From an uncultured Clostridia bacterium (GTDB lineage: Bacteria; Bacillota; Clostridia; TANB77; CAG-508): a stretch of DNA of 64,000 bases. The notes beneath the pieces are model-generated. The model did no database searches and had not been told where the DNA came from. It saw only the letters and a list, made by a program, of their open reading frames with translations. Both the position numbers and the translations under genes were made by a program. This document shows, piece after piece, positions 21,197 through 31,421 of this stretch; the stretch's first letter is position 1; each line of letters begins with the position of its first letter. Location: the NCBI GenBank assembly GCA_944386785.1, contig CALXCM010000003.1:936-64935 (forward strand), read 5' to 3'.

Positions 21197-22105
21197 TTAT
21201 ATATTTTCTATTTCTTTTTTAGTTAAACCTGTCAAATCTTTTATAGTATTTATATCAAATCCTTTTTCTTTCATTCTTTTTGCAACTTGCATTTTTCCAA
21301 CTTCGATTCCTTGTGTTTTTCCCTCTTCTATTCCTTGATTTCTTGCATATTCTTTTCCTGCTTTTTCATCCATTATTGCTTTTTGCCTTAATTCTACTAT
21401 TCTTTGCATTTTTTCATCTTCACTAATTACTCTTAATTTTTCTCTTGCCTCTTTTATTTCTTCTGGTTCTTCTTCTTTTTTCATATATCCCCATGCCTCC
21501 TTATTCTCAGGATTCTCAAAGAAATATATCCACTTTATTACTTCCTGTGTTTGCTCTTTAGGGCTTAATTTATATATCTTTGGTATTTCAATTATACAAA
21601 TTTCAAATTCATCTGTCAATATTCTCTTTCGCTCTTTTTCTTCTATTATTTTCCATTTTGTTCTATATTCTAAACCTTTTAATTCTTTTATTTCAAAATT
21701 AGTTATTAATACTTGTATTGTCTTTTTTAATGCATTATAGTCTTGACTTTTCTTTATATTTTTTGTATATACTCTTGACCAGTAATATAGTATTCTTTTT
21801 AATATTGTTTCTTGTGTTGCCATCTGCATTTCTATATTACAGTATTCCCCATTATCTATTTTTGCAAGAACATCTAATATTCCTAACTTATCTTCTTCTG
21901 TTTCTCTTCTTAAAACTATGTTTTCACTTAAGTCCACCTTTTCTATTTTTCTTTCTAAAACCGCTTCTAAAAATTTCTTAGTTATTCTTTCATTTCCAAC
22001 TTCGCCAAATAAAGCCTGAAATACCACATCCATTTTAGGTGACATTAATTCTGTTTTTTCTTTTGAATTTTCTTGATTTTTAGTAATGTTTAATTTTTGT
22101 TCCAT
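21197..22105 (-). CDS. Rpn/YhgA-like PD-(D/E)XK nuclease (putative transposase), copy 2
   Basis: Contains MSPKMDVVFQALFG...ILDVLAK...NIEMQ, with a C-terminal QGIEEGKTQGIEVGK repeat and LTGLTKKEIENI. Confidence 0.7.
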   Translation of the reverse strand: MEQKLNITKNQENSKEKTELMSPKMDVVFQALFGEVGNERITKKFLEAVLERKIEKVDLSENIVLRRETEEDKLGILDVLAKIDNGEYCNIEMQMATQETILKRILYYWSRVYTKNIKKSQDYNALKKTIQVLITNFEIKELKGLEYRTKWKIIEEKERKRILTDEFEICIIEIPKIYKLSPKEQTQEVIKWIYFFENPENKEAWGYMKKEEEPEEIKEAREKLRVISEDEKMQRIVELRQKAIMDEKAGKEYARNQGIEEGKTQGIEVGKMQVAKRMKEKGFDINTIKDLTGLTKKEIENI

Positions 22106-22434
22106 GCAATTCCTCCTTTTTTATTCAAATAATTAAATTGATATTAATTAATTTTCTACTTTTTTTGGGAACTTTTAATTAAATATTAAAATTTTTAATT
22201 TAAAACTACGAAAAAATATTTTTAGACATACTAACCTTTTATTAAGATAAACCTAAAATTTGATAAACAATATATTTACGAAAATATTTAACCTTTATAT
22301 AAAACATAAATTTCTTTTACAATCATTTTTTAATTATTGGATTTTACTTGATTTCACAAGAATACTTTAATAACTTTTGAAAAAAATTATTTGAACTTAA
22401 TTTATATCGATTTAATTATTTTTTAATTGCATTT

Positions 22435-22462
22435 ATAATATCATGTTTTTTAACTTTGTCAA
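22435..22462 (-). promoter_or_regulatory. Sigma-A-type promoter about 330 nt upstream of Rpn copy 2
   Basis: On the minus strand: TTGACA, 16 nt, TATTAT. It shares the ctttgtcaatagttttt motif with 13895-13912. Confidence 0.4.
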
Positions 22463-22566
22463 TAGTTTTTTACATATTTATCCATTTTTCTATCTTGCAA
22501 AAAAATATTTTATATAGTAATATATACATATATTAAAACTAAAATACAAAAGAAGGGGTGTAAAAA

Positions 22567-23070
22567 ATGGAAGAAAAAAATGTTAAAAAAATCAAATTTT
22601 CTACTGTTCTAATTATTATTCTAATATTAGTAGTTGTTGGTCTTACAGTTCTTTCAGTTTATTTGTTTAATCAATTTTCAACTTACAAAAATGCATATTT
22701 AAAAGCTATGGATATAGTTATTTCTATGTCAACTAGTGGAAGATATCCAGATTGTTTTTATGCTACAATAGAAGATATTTCTACAAACCAATCTCTAAAT
22801 GGGCAAAGTATTATTAAAGTTAAAGGCTTAGATATTAATGACAAAAGATACAGAGGAGAATTTACTTTTGAAATAATATTAGATAATATTGGAGATAATT
22901 TTAAAATTGAACATAATGGAGAAGAAGTTCCTTTTTCTAGTTTAAAAGTAGGACAAACTATAGCTGTATATGATTATTCTAATACTTCTAGTAAGGCATA
23001 TACAGAAAATACTGAAGAAGGATATTTATCAAGTGTTTATAAAGTTAGTATATTAGATGATAATTTATAG
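22567..23070 (+). CDS. Hypothetical membrane-anchored protein
   Basis: GGGGTG RBS and one N-terminal TM segment. The family is not recognised. Confidence 0.5.
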   Translation: MEEKNVKKIKFSTVLIIILILVVVGLTVLSVYLFNQFSTYKNAYLKAMDIVISMSTSGRYPDCFYATIEDISTNQSLNGQSIIKVKGLDINDKRYRGEFTFEIILDNIGDNFKIEHNGEEVPFSSLKVGQTIAVYDYSNTSSKAYTENTEEGYLSSVYKVSILDDNL

Positions 23071-23146
23071 TTAAACTAAAAAAATGTGAAGCATTTTGCT
23101 AAAATTTGCAATTTGTTTCACATTTTTTATTTTTCTTTTTTAAATT

Positions 23147-24058
23147 TTAAATTATACTTCCAATTATTCCTGCATCATTTCCAAGTATTGCTGTTTCTAG
23201 TACAATATCTTTTCTTTCATTAAATAACATGTTTTTTTCTAATAGCTTTGCTTTTAATTTATCTAAAAGTTCTTCTTCAAAATATACAAAACTTCCACCT
23301 ATTGCAATTGCTTCTGGCTCAAAAATATTAACTAAATTTGCTATTCCTAATGCTAAATAATTTATATATGTATCAATTACTTTTTCTATATTTTCATATT
23401 TACTGTTTTTATCATTTTTTGCTTTTCTTATTATATCTAATAGATCTTTTCCACTAGTTTTTTCATCTAAACCTAGCATATTTCTTAAGCTATCTTTAAA
23501 AGCTTTCATTGAAGCATATTTTTCAAAACAACCTTTTCTTCCACACTTGCATTGTATTCCATTACTTTCTATTACCATATGCCCTATTTCGCATCCTGGC
23601 AAGTTTCCTGTGTTTAATAGAGCGTTATTTATAATTACTGCTCCTCCTACTCCTGTTCCTAGTCCTAAAAATATTGCTCTTTTATATTTTTTTAAAGCTC
23701 CATATTTGTTTTCTGCAAGTGCTGCACATTTTGCATCATTTCTGATTTTTATGTTATAGTCCATTTTTTTATTTAAGTTATCTACTATATTATAGTTTTC
23801 AAGCCCAAGATTTACTGATTTTACAATTATTCCATTTTCTACAGTTCCTGGTATTGCAATTCCTATTTTTTCTATTTTATATTTTTCTTCAAAAGTTTTT
23901 ACTGCATCTATAATATATTCTTCAATTACTTTTTTTAAATTTTCTTTATCTTTTTTAAGAAGTCTTTTTTCTTGTTTTTCAATTATTTTTCCATTACTTT
24001 CTACAACACCTATTGCAATATGACTTCCGCCTAAATCAATCCCTATCTTCATAATCAT
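23147..24058 (-). CDS. ROK family glucokinase
   Basis: Contains GIDLGGSHI, GLGTGVGGA and the Zn motif GHM...CKCGRKGCFE. Confidence 0.8.
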   Translation of the reverse strand: MIMKIGIDLGGSHIAIGVVESNGKIIEKQEKRLLKKDKENLKKVIEEYIIDAVKTFEEKYKIEKIGIAIPGTVENGIIVKSVNLGLENYNIVDNLNKKMDYNIKIRNDAKCAALAENKYGALKKYKRAIFLGLGTGVGGAVIINNALLNTGNLPGCEIGHMVIESNGIQCKCGRKGCFEKYASMKAFKDSLRNMLGLDEKTSGKDLLDIIRKAKNDKNSKYENIEKVIDTYINYLALGIANLVNIFEPEAIAIGGSFVYFEEELLDKLKAKLLEKNMLFNERKDIVLETAILGNDAGIIGSII

Positions 24059-24084
24059 TTCTCCTCTTTAGAAAAATATTAAAG

Positions 24085-24140
24085 ATGTGTCCCAAAATGG
24101 ACAAAAATGTCCAAAGGGACCTGTCCCCAACTGGACATTT
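24085..24140 (-). repeat. GGGGAC-family intergenic repeat, type M3 (inverted)
   Basis: The reverse complement reads cagttggggacaggtccctttggacatttttgtccattttgggacacatc. ORF-track entry 24085..24270 starts inside it and is probably spurious. Confidence 0.8.
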
Positions 24141-25489
24141 TATACTCCATATGCGTCAAATAAGAAGTTACCCATGTAAACTTGAACACATGGTACTAAT
24201 ACTACTAGTACGAAGAATATTAGAACAACTCCAACTATTGCATATACAACTTGTGGCAGAGCTTTCATAATCTTTGTCATGATATTATCTATATCTATAT
24301 CCATATATTCTAGTAATTTTTCCATCATTTCTGTTAAGTCTGTTTGCATACCAATTTTAAGCATTTCTGTTGTCATTGGTTTAGATAATCCTGCTTTTTC
24401 AAATGGTTCTATCCATGATTGTCCAATTAATATGTTATTTATTGATGTTTCTATTATTGATAACATTACATAGTTTTGGATTACATTTTTACTAACTTCT
24501 AAAGCCTCTTGAATTCTCATTCCATTTTTTAAGTTAAGAAGCATTGCTCTCATTAGTCTTGAAAAGTCTAATGCATAAATTAGTTCTCCAAATATTGGCA
24601 TTTTATATTTAAAATAGTGGAAATTATATTTTCCTTTAGGTGTATTTATATAGAATAAAATTACACCTACTATTGCCACAATTATGAGTGTCGGAATATA
24701 CCAATATTCAATTACTTTATCGATAAAGTCTGCAAACCATAATGTTACTCCTGGAAGTGTTGCACTAGAACCTACTTCGTCAAATACATTTTGAATCGCA
24801 GGTATTGCAACTAATGTTCCTACAACAAGCATTACAATTAATAATATAAATTGTATAATATTTGGAATTAAGATTGAGCGTAGTTTTTTATTTATTGCTT
24901 CTGTATCATCTAAGTATTTTACTGCTTGCTCTAATGAGTTTGTAAGTGAACCAGAAAGTTCCCCAACTTTTATCATATTTATATATATATATGGGAATAC
25001 ATTTGAATAATATTCCATTGTTGTGTACATATTTTCTCCGGCTTCTACACCTGCTAATATATCTTCTAGAATTCCTTTAAAAGATATATTTTCAGTACCT
25101 TCGATTATTGTATTTAATGCATGAATATTATTAAAGTTTGCCTTTTTTAATAGATAAAAGTTTTGTGTAAATACAACTATATCTCTTTGTGTTATTTTTT
25201 CTGTTTTTGCAAAATACAAATTTATTTTTTCTTTTCTTGACAATGTTTTTTGTCTTTTGTCTCCTAACTGAGTTGTATTTACATTTTTCATTATTTCTTC
25301 AATATTAGTTACATTTTTCTTCTGCTTTTTTTGTTTGTTTAAAGAACGATATGAAACTTGTTCTATTGAAATTGGTGTTAAGTCATTATTTTTTATTGTT
25401 TTTATTAAACTTTGTCTACTTGGTGCTTCAACTTTGTTTCTTACAACAAGTCCAGTTCTTGTAACAGCCCTATATACATAACTAGGCAT
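24140..25489 (-). CDS. pilC: Type IV pilus platform protein PilC (GspF family)
   Basis: 449 aa with a duplicated GspF-like domain and three TM segments. It is the last gene of the pilus locus. Confidence 0.8.
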   Translation of the reverse strand: MPSYVYRAVTRTGLVVRNKVEAPSRQSLIKTIKNNDLTPISIEQVSYRSLNKQKKQKKNVTNIEEIMKNVNTTQLGDKRQKTLSRKEKINLYFAKTEKITQRDIVVFTQNFYLLKKANFNNIHALNTIIEGTENISFKGILEDILAGVEAGENMYTTMEYYSNVFPYIYINMIKVGELSGSLTNSLEQAVKYLDDTEAINKKLRSILIPNIIQFILLIVMLVVGTLVAIPAIQNVFDEVGSSATLPGVTLWFADFIDKVIEYWYIPTLIIVAIVGVILFYINTPKGKYNFHYFKYKMPIFGELIYALDFSRLMRAMLLNLKNGMRIQEALEVSKNVIQNYVMLSIIETSINNILIGQSWIEPFEKAGLSKPMTTEMLKIGMQTDLTEMMEKLLEYMDIDIDNIMTKIMKALPQVVYAIVGVVLIFFVLVVLVPCVQVYMGNFLFDAYGV

Positions 25490-25525
25490 TTACTTTTCCT
25501 CCTATTTTAATTTTAGTTTAAACTT

Positions 25526-26633
25526 TTATTCAATTCCTTTTTCTCTTTTAATTTTTAATTGCATAATTGTTCTATTTAATGTTTCTAAGTTCTTTTCTTC
25601 TATTTGTGCTTTTGCTTGGTCTAAAGTTATCTTATCTTCAACAAATAGTTTTGCTAAAGAGTTTATTAAACCAATACTTCCTTTTTCTAGGTTACTTTGT
25701 ATTGCATCTTCTATTTCAGATACACTTAATTTTTCTTTACGAATAATACCTGCAACAACATTATCTACAACCATAACTTCTGGAACTAAAACTAATTTTC
25801 CGTCTCTTCCTTTTAGTAGTCTTTGTGATACAACAAGTTTTAATAATGCTGATAATAGATATTTAATTGTTGCTTGATCTCTTACTTCATAGAAGTTTAT
25901 CATTCTGTCTATTGTTTCTGCACATGATTTTGTATGAAGTGTTCCAATTACTAAATGTCCGAGATTCTGCCATTTCTATTGCAGCTTCCATTGTTACTTT
26001 ATCACGAATCTCCCCTATTACTAATATATCACAGTCTTCTCTTAAAGAGTTTTTAACACCATCACTAAATGTTAAAATATCTCTTCCTTTACCAACTTCT
26101 TTTTGTACTATTAATGATTTTTTAGAATGATGTTTATATTCTATTGGGTTTTCTAATGTTAAAATCTTTTTATTTTGGTTTTCATTTATATAGTTTACTA
26201 AAGCATTTAATGTTGTACTTTTACCAGAGTTTGTTTTACCAGTAACTAGCATCAATCCTTGTGGTTGATATGTCATTCTTCTTACTATATCTGGAACTCC
26301 TAGCGATTCATAACTTGGAAGTTCATTTTTTATTAATCTCATTGTACAAAGTGGTATATCATCCGCAAGTGAAATATTTACCCTTAAACGAATATCTCTA
26401 TGTGTGTATGACATATCTAGTTTTCTTGTAGTGTTAAATACCTCGTCTTTATCTACATTTCCTTTTACTAATGTATCATATACTTCATACATATCTTCAG
26501 GTGTTAAGATTTTACTTCCTGGTACTGGAACTAAATCTCTTGCAATTCTAAGCATTGGCTTATTTCCACATATTAAATGCACATCTGATGCATCTTGCTC
26601 CATAGCTTGATCTAAAATTTTCTCTAAGTTCAT
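25526..26633 (-). CDS. pilT: Twitching-motility retraction ATPase PilT (needs +1 recoding at CGG 25959-25961)
   Basis: ORFs 25887..26633 and 25526..25903 join into 368 aa. Walker A is GKTNSGKST and Walker B is ILVIGEIRD. The junction reads AES|GHLVIGTLHT, which is the canonical His box. Confidence 0.9.
25958..25961 (-). other. pilT: In-frame CGG +1 recoding site (TCT CGG A)
   Basis: The +1 frame gives GHLVIGTLHT. Confidence 0.8.
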
Positions 26634-26644
26634 AATGAACCTCC

Positions 26645-28280
26645 TTAGTATATCAATAATTTTTTATTTAACTCTTCTAAAGTTGTTTTTCCTGCAATTA
26701 TTTTATTTATTCCGTCTACTACAAGTGGTCTATATCCATGTTTTAGAGCTTCTTGCCTTATTTCTAAGCTTGATTTTCCACTCATGACCATTTCTTTTAA
26801 TTCATCATTTAAGTCTAATATTTCAAATATTCCTGTTCTATCAAAATAACCTGTATTATTACAATTTTTGCATCCTACTGCATCATAAGTAGTTCCTGAT
26901 AAATCAAATTCTACTCCATATCTTTTTCCTATACTTGTAATAATTTCTTTTTCTTCTTTATTAAATGGTCTTTCTCTTCTACATTCTGGGCATAATTTTC
27001 TAACTAATCTTTCTGAAATTGATGTTGCAAGTGTACTTGCTATGTCATAATCTGAAAGTCCCATTTTTCTTAGTCTTGTTATTACTTCTACTGCATCTAT
27101 TGTATGGATTGTAGATAAAACATAATGACCTGTTTGTCCTGCTTGTATTGCAATTTCTCCTGTTTCTTTATCTCTTATTTCTCCAACTAAGATTATATCA
27201 GGGTCTTGTCTTAATACTGTTCTTAATGCTCCTGAAAATGATGATTTACTATCAATTTCTATTTGATTTAATCCTGAAATTCTAATTTCAACTGGGTCTT
27301 CAATTGTTGTTATATTTATTTCTGGACTATTTAGGTAATCTATAATACTGTATAATGTTGTTGTTTTACCTTCTCCTGTTGGTGCTGCAATTATTGTAAT
27401 ACTATTTTTCTTTGTAATACTTTTCTTTAATTCTTTTTCTTCCACTGGAAAACCTAATTCAAATATATTTCTAATGTCTGTATTTTTCTTAAGTAGTCTT
27501 AAAACAAATTTTTCTCCATATACATTTGGTTGTGAAGATGCACGAATGTTATAGTCTTCATATAGAAGAATTCTACCATCTTGAGCTTCTTGTTTTTCTT
27601 GATGCATATTTGATATTGCTTTTAATCTTCCGAATTATTTGATTTTGTTTATCTTTACTTATTTTTGCTGCTGTAAATAGTTCTCCATCTATTCTGTATC
27701 TTACTCTTACCATATCTTGCATTGGCTCTATATGGATATCACTTGCTCTTCTTTTTATTCCTGTTTTTATAATACTATCTACTAAACCTGTTATAGTATT
27801 ATTTCCACTTTCATTTTCTAAAGAAGTTGTTGCTGTACCTTCTAATGTTTGTAATATTCTTTCTATATCACTTTCAAAAGTAATATAGTTTTCCATAACT
27901 AGACCTCTATTTAAGAATAAAAGTCTTACTGTTTCCATATTTCTGTTATTTACTGTATCTGCAAAACATACTTTTATTTTTCCACCAACTACTTCAAATG
28001 GAACTACTTTATTCTTTTTTGCAACATCTAGAGAAATATAGTCTGTTATTTTAATTTTTATTGAAGAATGTGAAAGTAAAATTCCTTTTGTTCCAATTAT
28101 ATCTCCTATTGCTGCAATTAATCTATTTGGTTCACATGCATTTAAAGTATATAAAATGTCTCCAATTTTTTTACTTGGATGATCTTTTTGATATTCTAAT
28201 GCATTTTCAATATCTGTTTCTGTCACAATTCCTCTTTTAACCAATTCAACACCTATTGGTTGTCTTCTTCTTACATTCAT
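26645..28280 (-). CDS. pilB: Type IV pilus assembly ATPase PilB/GspE (needs +1 recoding at CGG 27630-27632)
   Basis: ORFs 27573..28280 and 26645..27607 join into 544 aa. The junction reads NQII|GRLKAISNM...QDGRI. Walker A is APTGEGKTT, Walker B is LVGEIRD, and a tetracysteine CPEC...CKNC is present. Confidence 0.9.
27629..27632 (-). other. pilB: In-frame CGG +1 recoding site (ATT CGG A)
   Basis: The +1 frame gives GRLKAISNMHQEKQEAQDGRI. Confidence 0.8.
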
Positions 28281-28318
28281 AATTTTAGCACCCTTTCTTT
28301 CGTATTTATTAATATTAT

Positions 28319-28735
28319 TTAGGATTTAAGAGCATAAGTTGTAGTCATTACTCTTCCAGATACAATCATTTCAACTGTAATTGTTGTTTTTCCATTTTCG
28401 CTGCCTTTAGTAAATGTGCATGAATCTATGTCTCTGCAAATTTTTACACCATTTCTGTAAATTCCTTTATTTCCTGCAACAAATGTATATTCTACATTAT
28501 TATTAAAAACTACATAATTAGATTCGCATGAAATGATTTCTGCCCCATCTCTATTTACCTCATCTGAAAAGTATCTATTGAATTCTGTAAATTCTTGAGC
28601 TGGAACTGTTTCATCTATACCATCTATGCTTTTATAGAAAAAGCCACTAATTACTGCAATTATTCCAATAACAATTGCCATAACAATTACATATATAGTT
28701 ACTGAAATTAATGTTATACCTTTTTCGCTTTTCAT
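28319..28735 (-). CDS. Minor pilin-like protein
   Basis: The N-terminus MKSEKG|ITLISVTIYVIVMAIVIGII is a class III signal-like head. 138 aa. Confidence 0.55.
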   Translation of the reverse strand: MKSEKGITLISVTIYVIVMAIVIGIIAVISGFFYKSIDGIDETVPAQEFTEFNRYFSDEVNRDGAEIISCESNYVVFNNNVEYTFVAGNKGIYRNGVKICRDIDSCTFTKGSENGKTTITVEMIVSGRVMTTTYALKS

Positions 28736-28738
28736 TTG

Positions 28739-29161
28739 TTAGCTCCCTTCTGAAAGTACTGTTGATAATTCTACTTTTTCTTCTTCTCCTTTATACATGT
28801 ATGATATTGTAACTGTTGCTTTTTTTACTATTCCTGGTGTTTTATCTTCATTTCCTTCTATATCTGTATAATCTATTACTGTTATTGTTTTGTAATATCC
28901 TTCTTGTACCATCTCATTATCTACTACTACTCCACCATTTACATTTTTCATAGAATCTTTATATTTATCATATCCATCTATCTTTAATTGTTCTACTTCA
29001 TTTATAGCTATATATGTTGCTTCTGACATTCTTTCTACTCTTGCTGATAATGAATTTATATTATAAATTAGTATAGATATTAAAGATACAAATATGAAAA
29101 TTACAACTACTGCTATTGCAATATCTGCTCCAACTATTCCTTTCTCACTTTTAATTTTCAT
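28739..29161 (-). CDS. Minor pilin-like protein
   Basis: The N-terminus MKIKSEKG|IVGADIAIAVVVIFIFVSL is followed by a small soluble domain. Confidence 0.5.
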   Translation of the reverse strand: MKIKSEKGIVGADIAIAVVVIFIFVSLISILIYNINSLSARVERMSEATYIAINEVEQLKIDGYDKYKDSMKNVNGGVVVDNEMVQEGYYKTITVIDYTDIEGNEDKTPGIVKKATVTISYMYKGEEEKVELSTVLSEGS

Positions 29162-29173
29162 AAGATTTCTCCT

Positions 29174-29986
29174 TTACCAAATATGGTTAGTATATAGCAT
29201 TACTAATAAAAATATAATTATATTGCTAACTCCTAAATAAAAACCTATACTAATGCTGTTAATTGCTTGTAATTCTGTTTTTTCTTGTTTTATTTTTTTA
29301 TTTAATTTAAATAATAATATATATATTGCCATTGCTAAAAGTGTAAATATTACTGAATTTGCTGTTATGTATTCTCCTGTAAAGAAAACCATTACCATAA
29401 GCATTAAAAGTATTCCATATGTGTAACTATCTTTACTAAATTTTTTTAATGTTATTGTATCTAATATTAATATTATAAGTATTAAGAACATATATATACC
29501 ATATCTATATATATTAGCTTGTTCTACTATGCATAGATATACCATATACATAATAGATATTACAATTCCATATATATTTACTGGCTTACTCATATTTCTA
29601 TTTTCTTTATCTATTCCAGAAATTAAGAAAATATATGTTATATATAAAGCCATAAAACTATATTCTGCAATTTTAGTTATACTTAAAGTTTCTAATTTTA
29701 TATTCATTACATATGCTATTGCAATAAAGATAAAACCTGATAAACACTCTAATATAAAATATCTTGGTCTTATTTTTTCTTTGCAATATCTACATTTCCC
29801 GCCTAAAAATATATAACTAAAAATTGGGAACAAGTCTAATAAACCTAATTTATGGTTACAATTAGGACAATATGAATGTGTATGTGTAATATCTTGACCT
29901 TTTGGAATTCTATATACTGCTAATGTATAAAAGCTTCCAAAAAGTGCTCCTATTATAAATAATATTATATATAAAAATATGTTCAT
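29174..29986 (-). CDS. pilD: Prepilin peptidase (A24 family) PilD
   Basis: Contains the CPNC...CRYC zinc-binding N-domain and a polytopic membrane domain. Confidence 0.75.
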   Translation of the reverse strand: MNIFLYIILFIIGALFGSFYTLAVYRIPKGQDITHTHSYCPNCNHKLGLLDLFPIFSYIFLGGKCRYCKEKIRPRYFILECLSGFIFIAIAYVMNIKLETLSITKIAEYSFMALYITYIFLISGIDKENRNMSKPVNIYGIVISIMYMVYLCIVEQANIYRYGIYMFLILIILILDTITLKKFSKDSYTYGILLMLMVMVFFTGEYITANSVIFTLLAMAIYILLFKLNKKIKQEKTELQAINSISIGFYLGVSNIIIFLLVMLYTNHIW

Positions 29987-30034
29987 CTTTTTTTCCTATC
30001 TTCTACTTAATCTTAAGTACCTATTTTTAAATTT

Positions 30035-30061
30035 AGCCATACACACATAGTGTGCGTATGG
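30035..30061. terminator. Hairpin downstream of the pilin array (possible partial terminator)
   Basis: gccatacacacatagtgtgcgtatggc forms a stem of about 11 bp. The T-run is good on the plus strand but poor on the minus strand. Confidence 0.35.
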
Positions 30062-30089
30062 CTTTTATTTTAACTAGTTTTATATATCA

Positions 30090-30473
30090 TTATGGTGCTA
30101 CTGCTGGTGTAATATTTCCGCTGTTGTCAATAGATCCTTTTGTAGTTAAGTTAACCCCTGAAGGAACTACTGTTACAGATATACCTGTTCCAGCATTATA
30201 AGTTACTGTATAGCCCTCTCCTAAATTTGTTTCCATTGTTGTAGCATCTTGTTGAGATAATGTTTCTCCTGCTAAAACTTTTCCTTTAAGAGCTGTTAAC
30301 TCCATATTAATTCTCTCTTCTGCTTCTGCATTTGCTGTTTGTGTTTTTGCACTATTTGCTTGTGTTAATATACCATTACTTCCTGTTAACATAGCAATTG
30401 ATACACCTGCTAATATTAATAGAACAATAATAGTAATAACTAATGCAATTAAAGTAATACCTTTATTATTCAT
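30090..30473 (-). CDS. Type IV pilin paralog 3
   Basis: The N-terminus is MNNKG|ITLIALVITIIVLLILAGVSIAMLTGSNGILTQANSAK, followed by a variable C-terminal domain. A GGAGG RBS is present. Confidence 0.7.
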   Translation of the reverse strand: MNNKGITLIALVITIIVLLILAGVSIAMLTGSNGILTQANSAKTQTANAEAEERINMELTALKGKVLAGETLSQQDATTMETNLGEGYTVTYNAGTGISVTVVPSGVNLTTKGSIDNSGNITPAVAP

Positions 30474-30499
30474 TTCCTAATATTCCTCCTAAACAAATT

Positions 30500-30916
30500 T
30501 TAACTTGCTGGCATTTCTGCTGGATCTAATGTATAAGGAGTTGTTTTTAATATACTTCCTGTTACTGTAATTCCATCCTTGCTGTATTGTATTTGTATTG
30601 CTGCTGTTGCACCTGCTCCTGTCTCAGAAACAGTGTATCCACTACCTGATGTTGAAAATATTCCATCATGAGCTTTTACATTATCAACTGCTGGTGCTAC
30701 TGATGGTGTTTGTAATGTTGCAGTATATGCAGCATTTAATGCCATGTTAATTCTTTCTACTGCCTCTGCTGCGGCAGTATCTTTTTTAGCTTCAGTTGCT
30801 TGTGTAAGTATCCCATTGCTTCCTGTTAGCATAGCAATTGATACTCCAGCTAATATTAATAATACTATGATTGTAATAACTAATGCAATTAAAGTTATAC
30901 CTTTATTATTTCTCAT
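30500..30916 (-). CDS. Type IV pilin paralog 2
   Basis: The N-terminus is MRNNKG|ITLIALVITIIVLLILAGVSIAMLTGSNGILTQATEAK. The C-terminal domain is divergent. Confidence 0.7.
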   Translation of the reverse strand: MRNNKGITLIALVITIIVLLILAGVSIAMLTGSNGILTQATEAKKDTAAAEAVERINMALNAAYTATLQTPSVAPAVDNVKAHDGIFSTSGSGYTVSETGAGATAAIQIQYSKDGITVTGSILKTTPYTLDPAEMPAS

Positions 30917-30937
30917 AATTATAAATTCCTCCTATGT

Positions 30938-31336
30938 CTATTTTTTAGCTGGTGATATTGTTGCTACTCCAGCTTCTGAAATTGTTATACTTCCTGTTTT
31001 TCCACCACCAGTTATAGTTAATGTTTTATCTGTATTAGAAAGCTGTGCATCATAACCAGAAGGTAAGTTAGCTTTTATTTTATCTGGATGTCCTGTTGTT
31101 GCTGTAGCATCAAATTTTGTTAAATTCTTTTCTAATACTTCTGAATACAATGCATTAAGTTCCATGTTTATTCTTTCTGCAGCTTCTGCATTTGCTGTTT
31201 GTGTTTTTGCACTATTTGCTTGTGTTAATATACCATTACTTCCTGTTAACATAGCAATTGATACACCTGCTAATATTAATAGAACAATGATAGTAATAAC
31301 TAATGCAATAAGTGTAATACCTTTGTTATTTGTCAT
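30938..31336 (-). CDS. Type IV pilin paralog 1
   Basis: The N-terminus is MTNNKG|ITLIALVITIIVLLILAGVSIAML. The first 150 nt or so are nearly identical to 30326-30473. Confidence 0.7.
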   Translation of the reverse strand: MTNNKGITLIALVITIIVLLILAGVSIAMLTGSNGILTQANSAKTQTANAEAAERINMELNALYSEVLEKNLTKFDATATTGHPDKIKANLPSGYDAQLSNTDKTLTITGGGKTGSITISEAGVATISPAKK

Positions 31337-31421
31337 TTGTTCTCCCTCCTTTTCTTTTGAATTTAATTTTTTTATTTGAACTATATCCCCTTTTATTTAA
31401 GTGAATATAATGTTAATAACT

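Noticed and set aside
24085-24270. ORFs that start in intergenic repeats: 24085..24270, 47855..48067, 19175..19417, 15219..15431, 36649..36843 and 36731..37021.
   Set aside because: They are seeded by the GGGGAC-family repeats or overlap supported genes. They have no RBS and no recognisable family.
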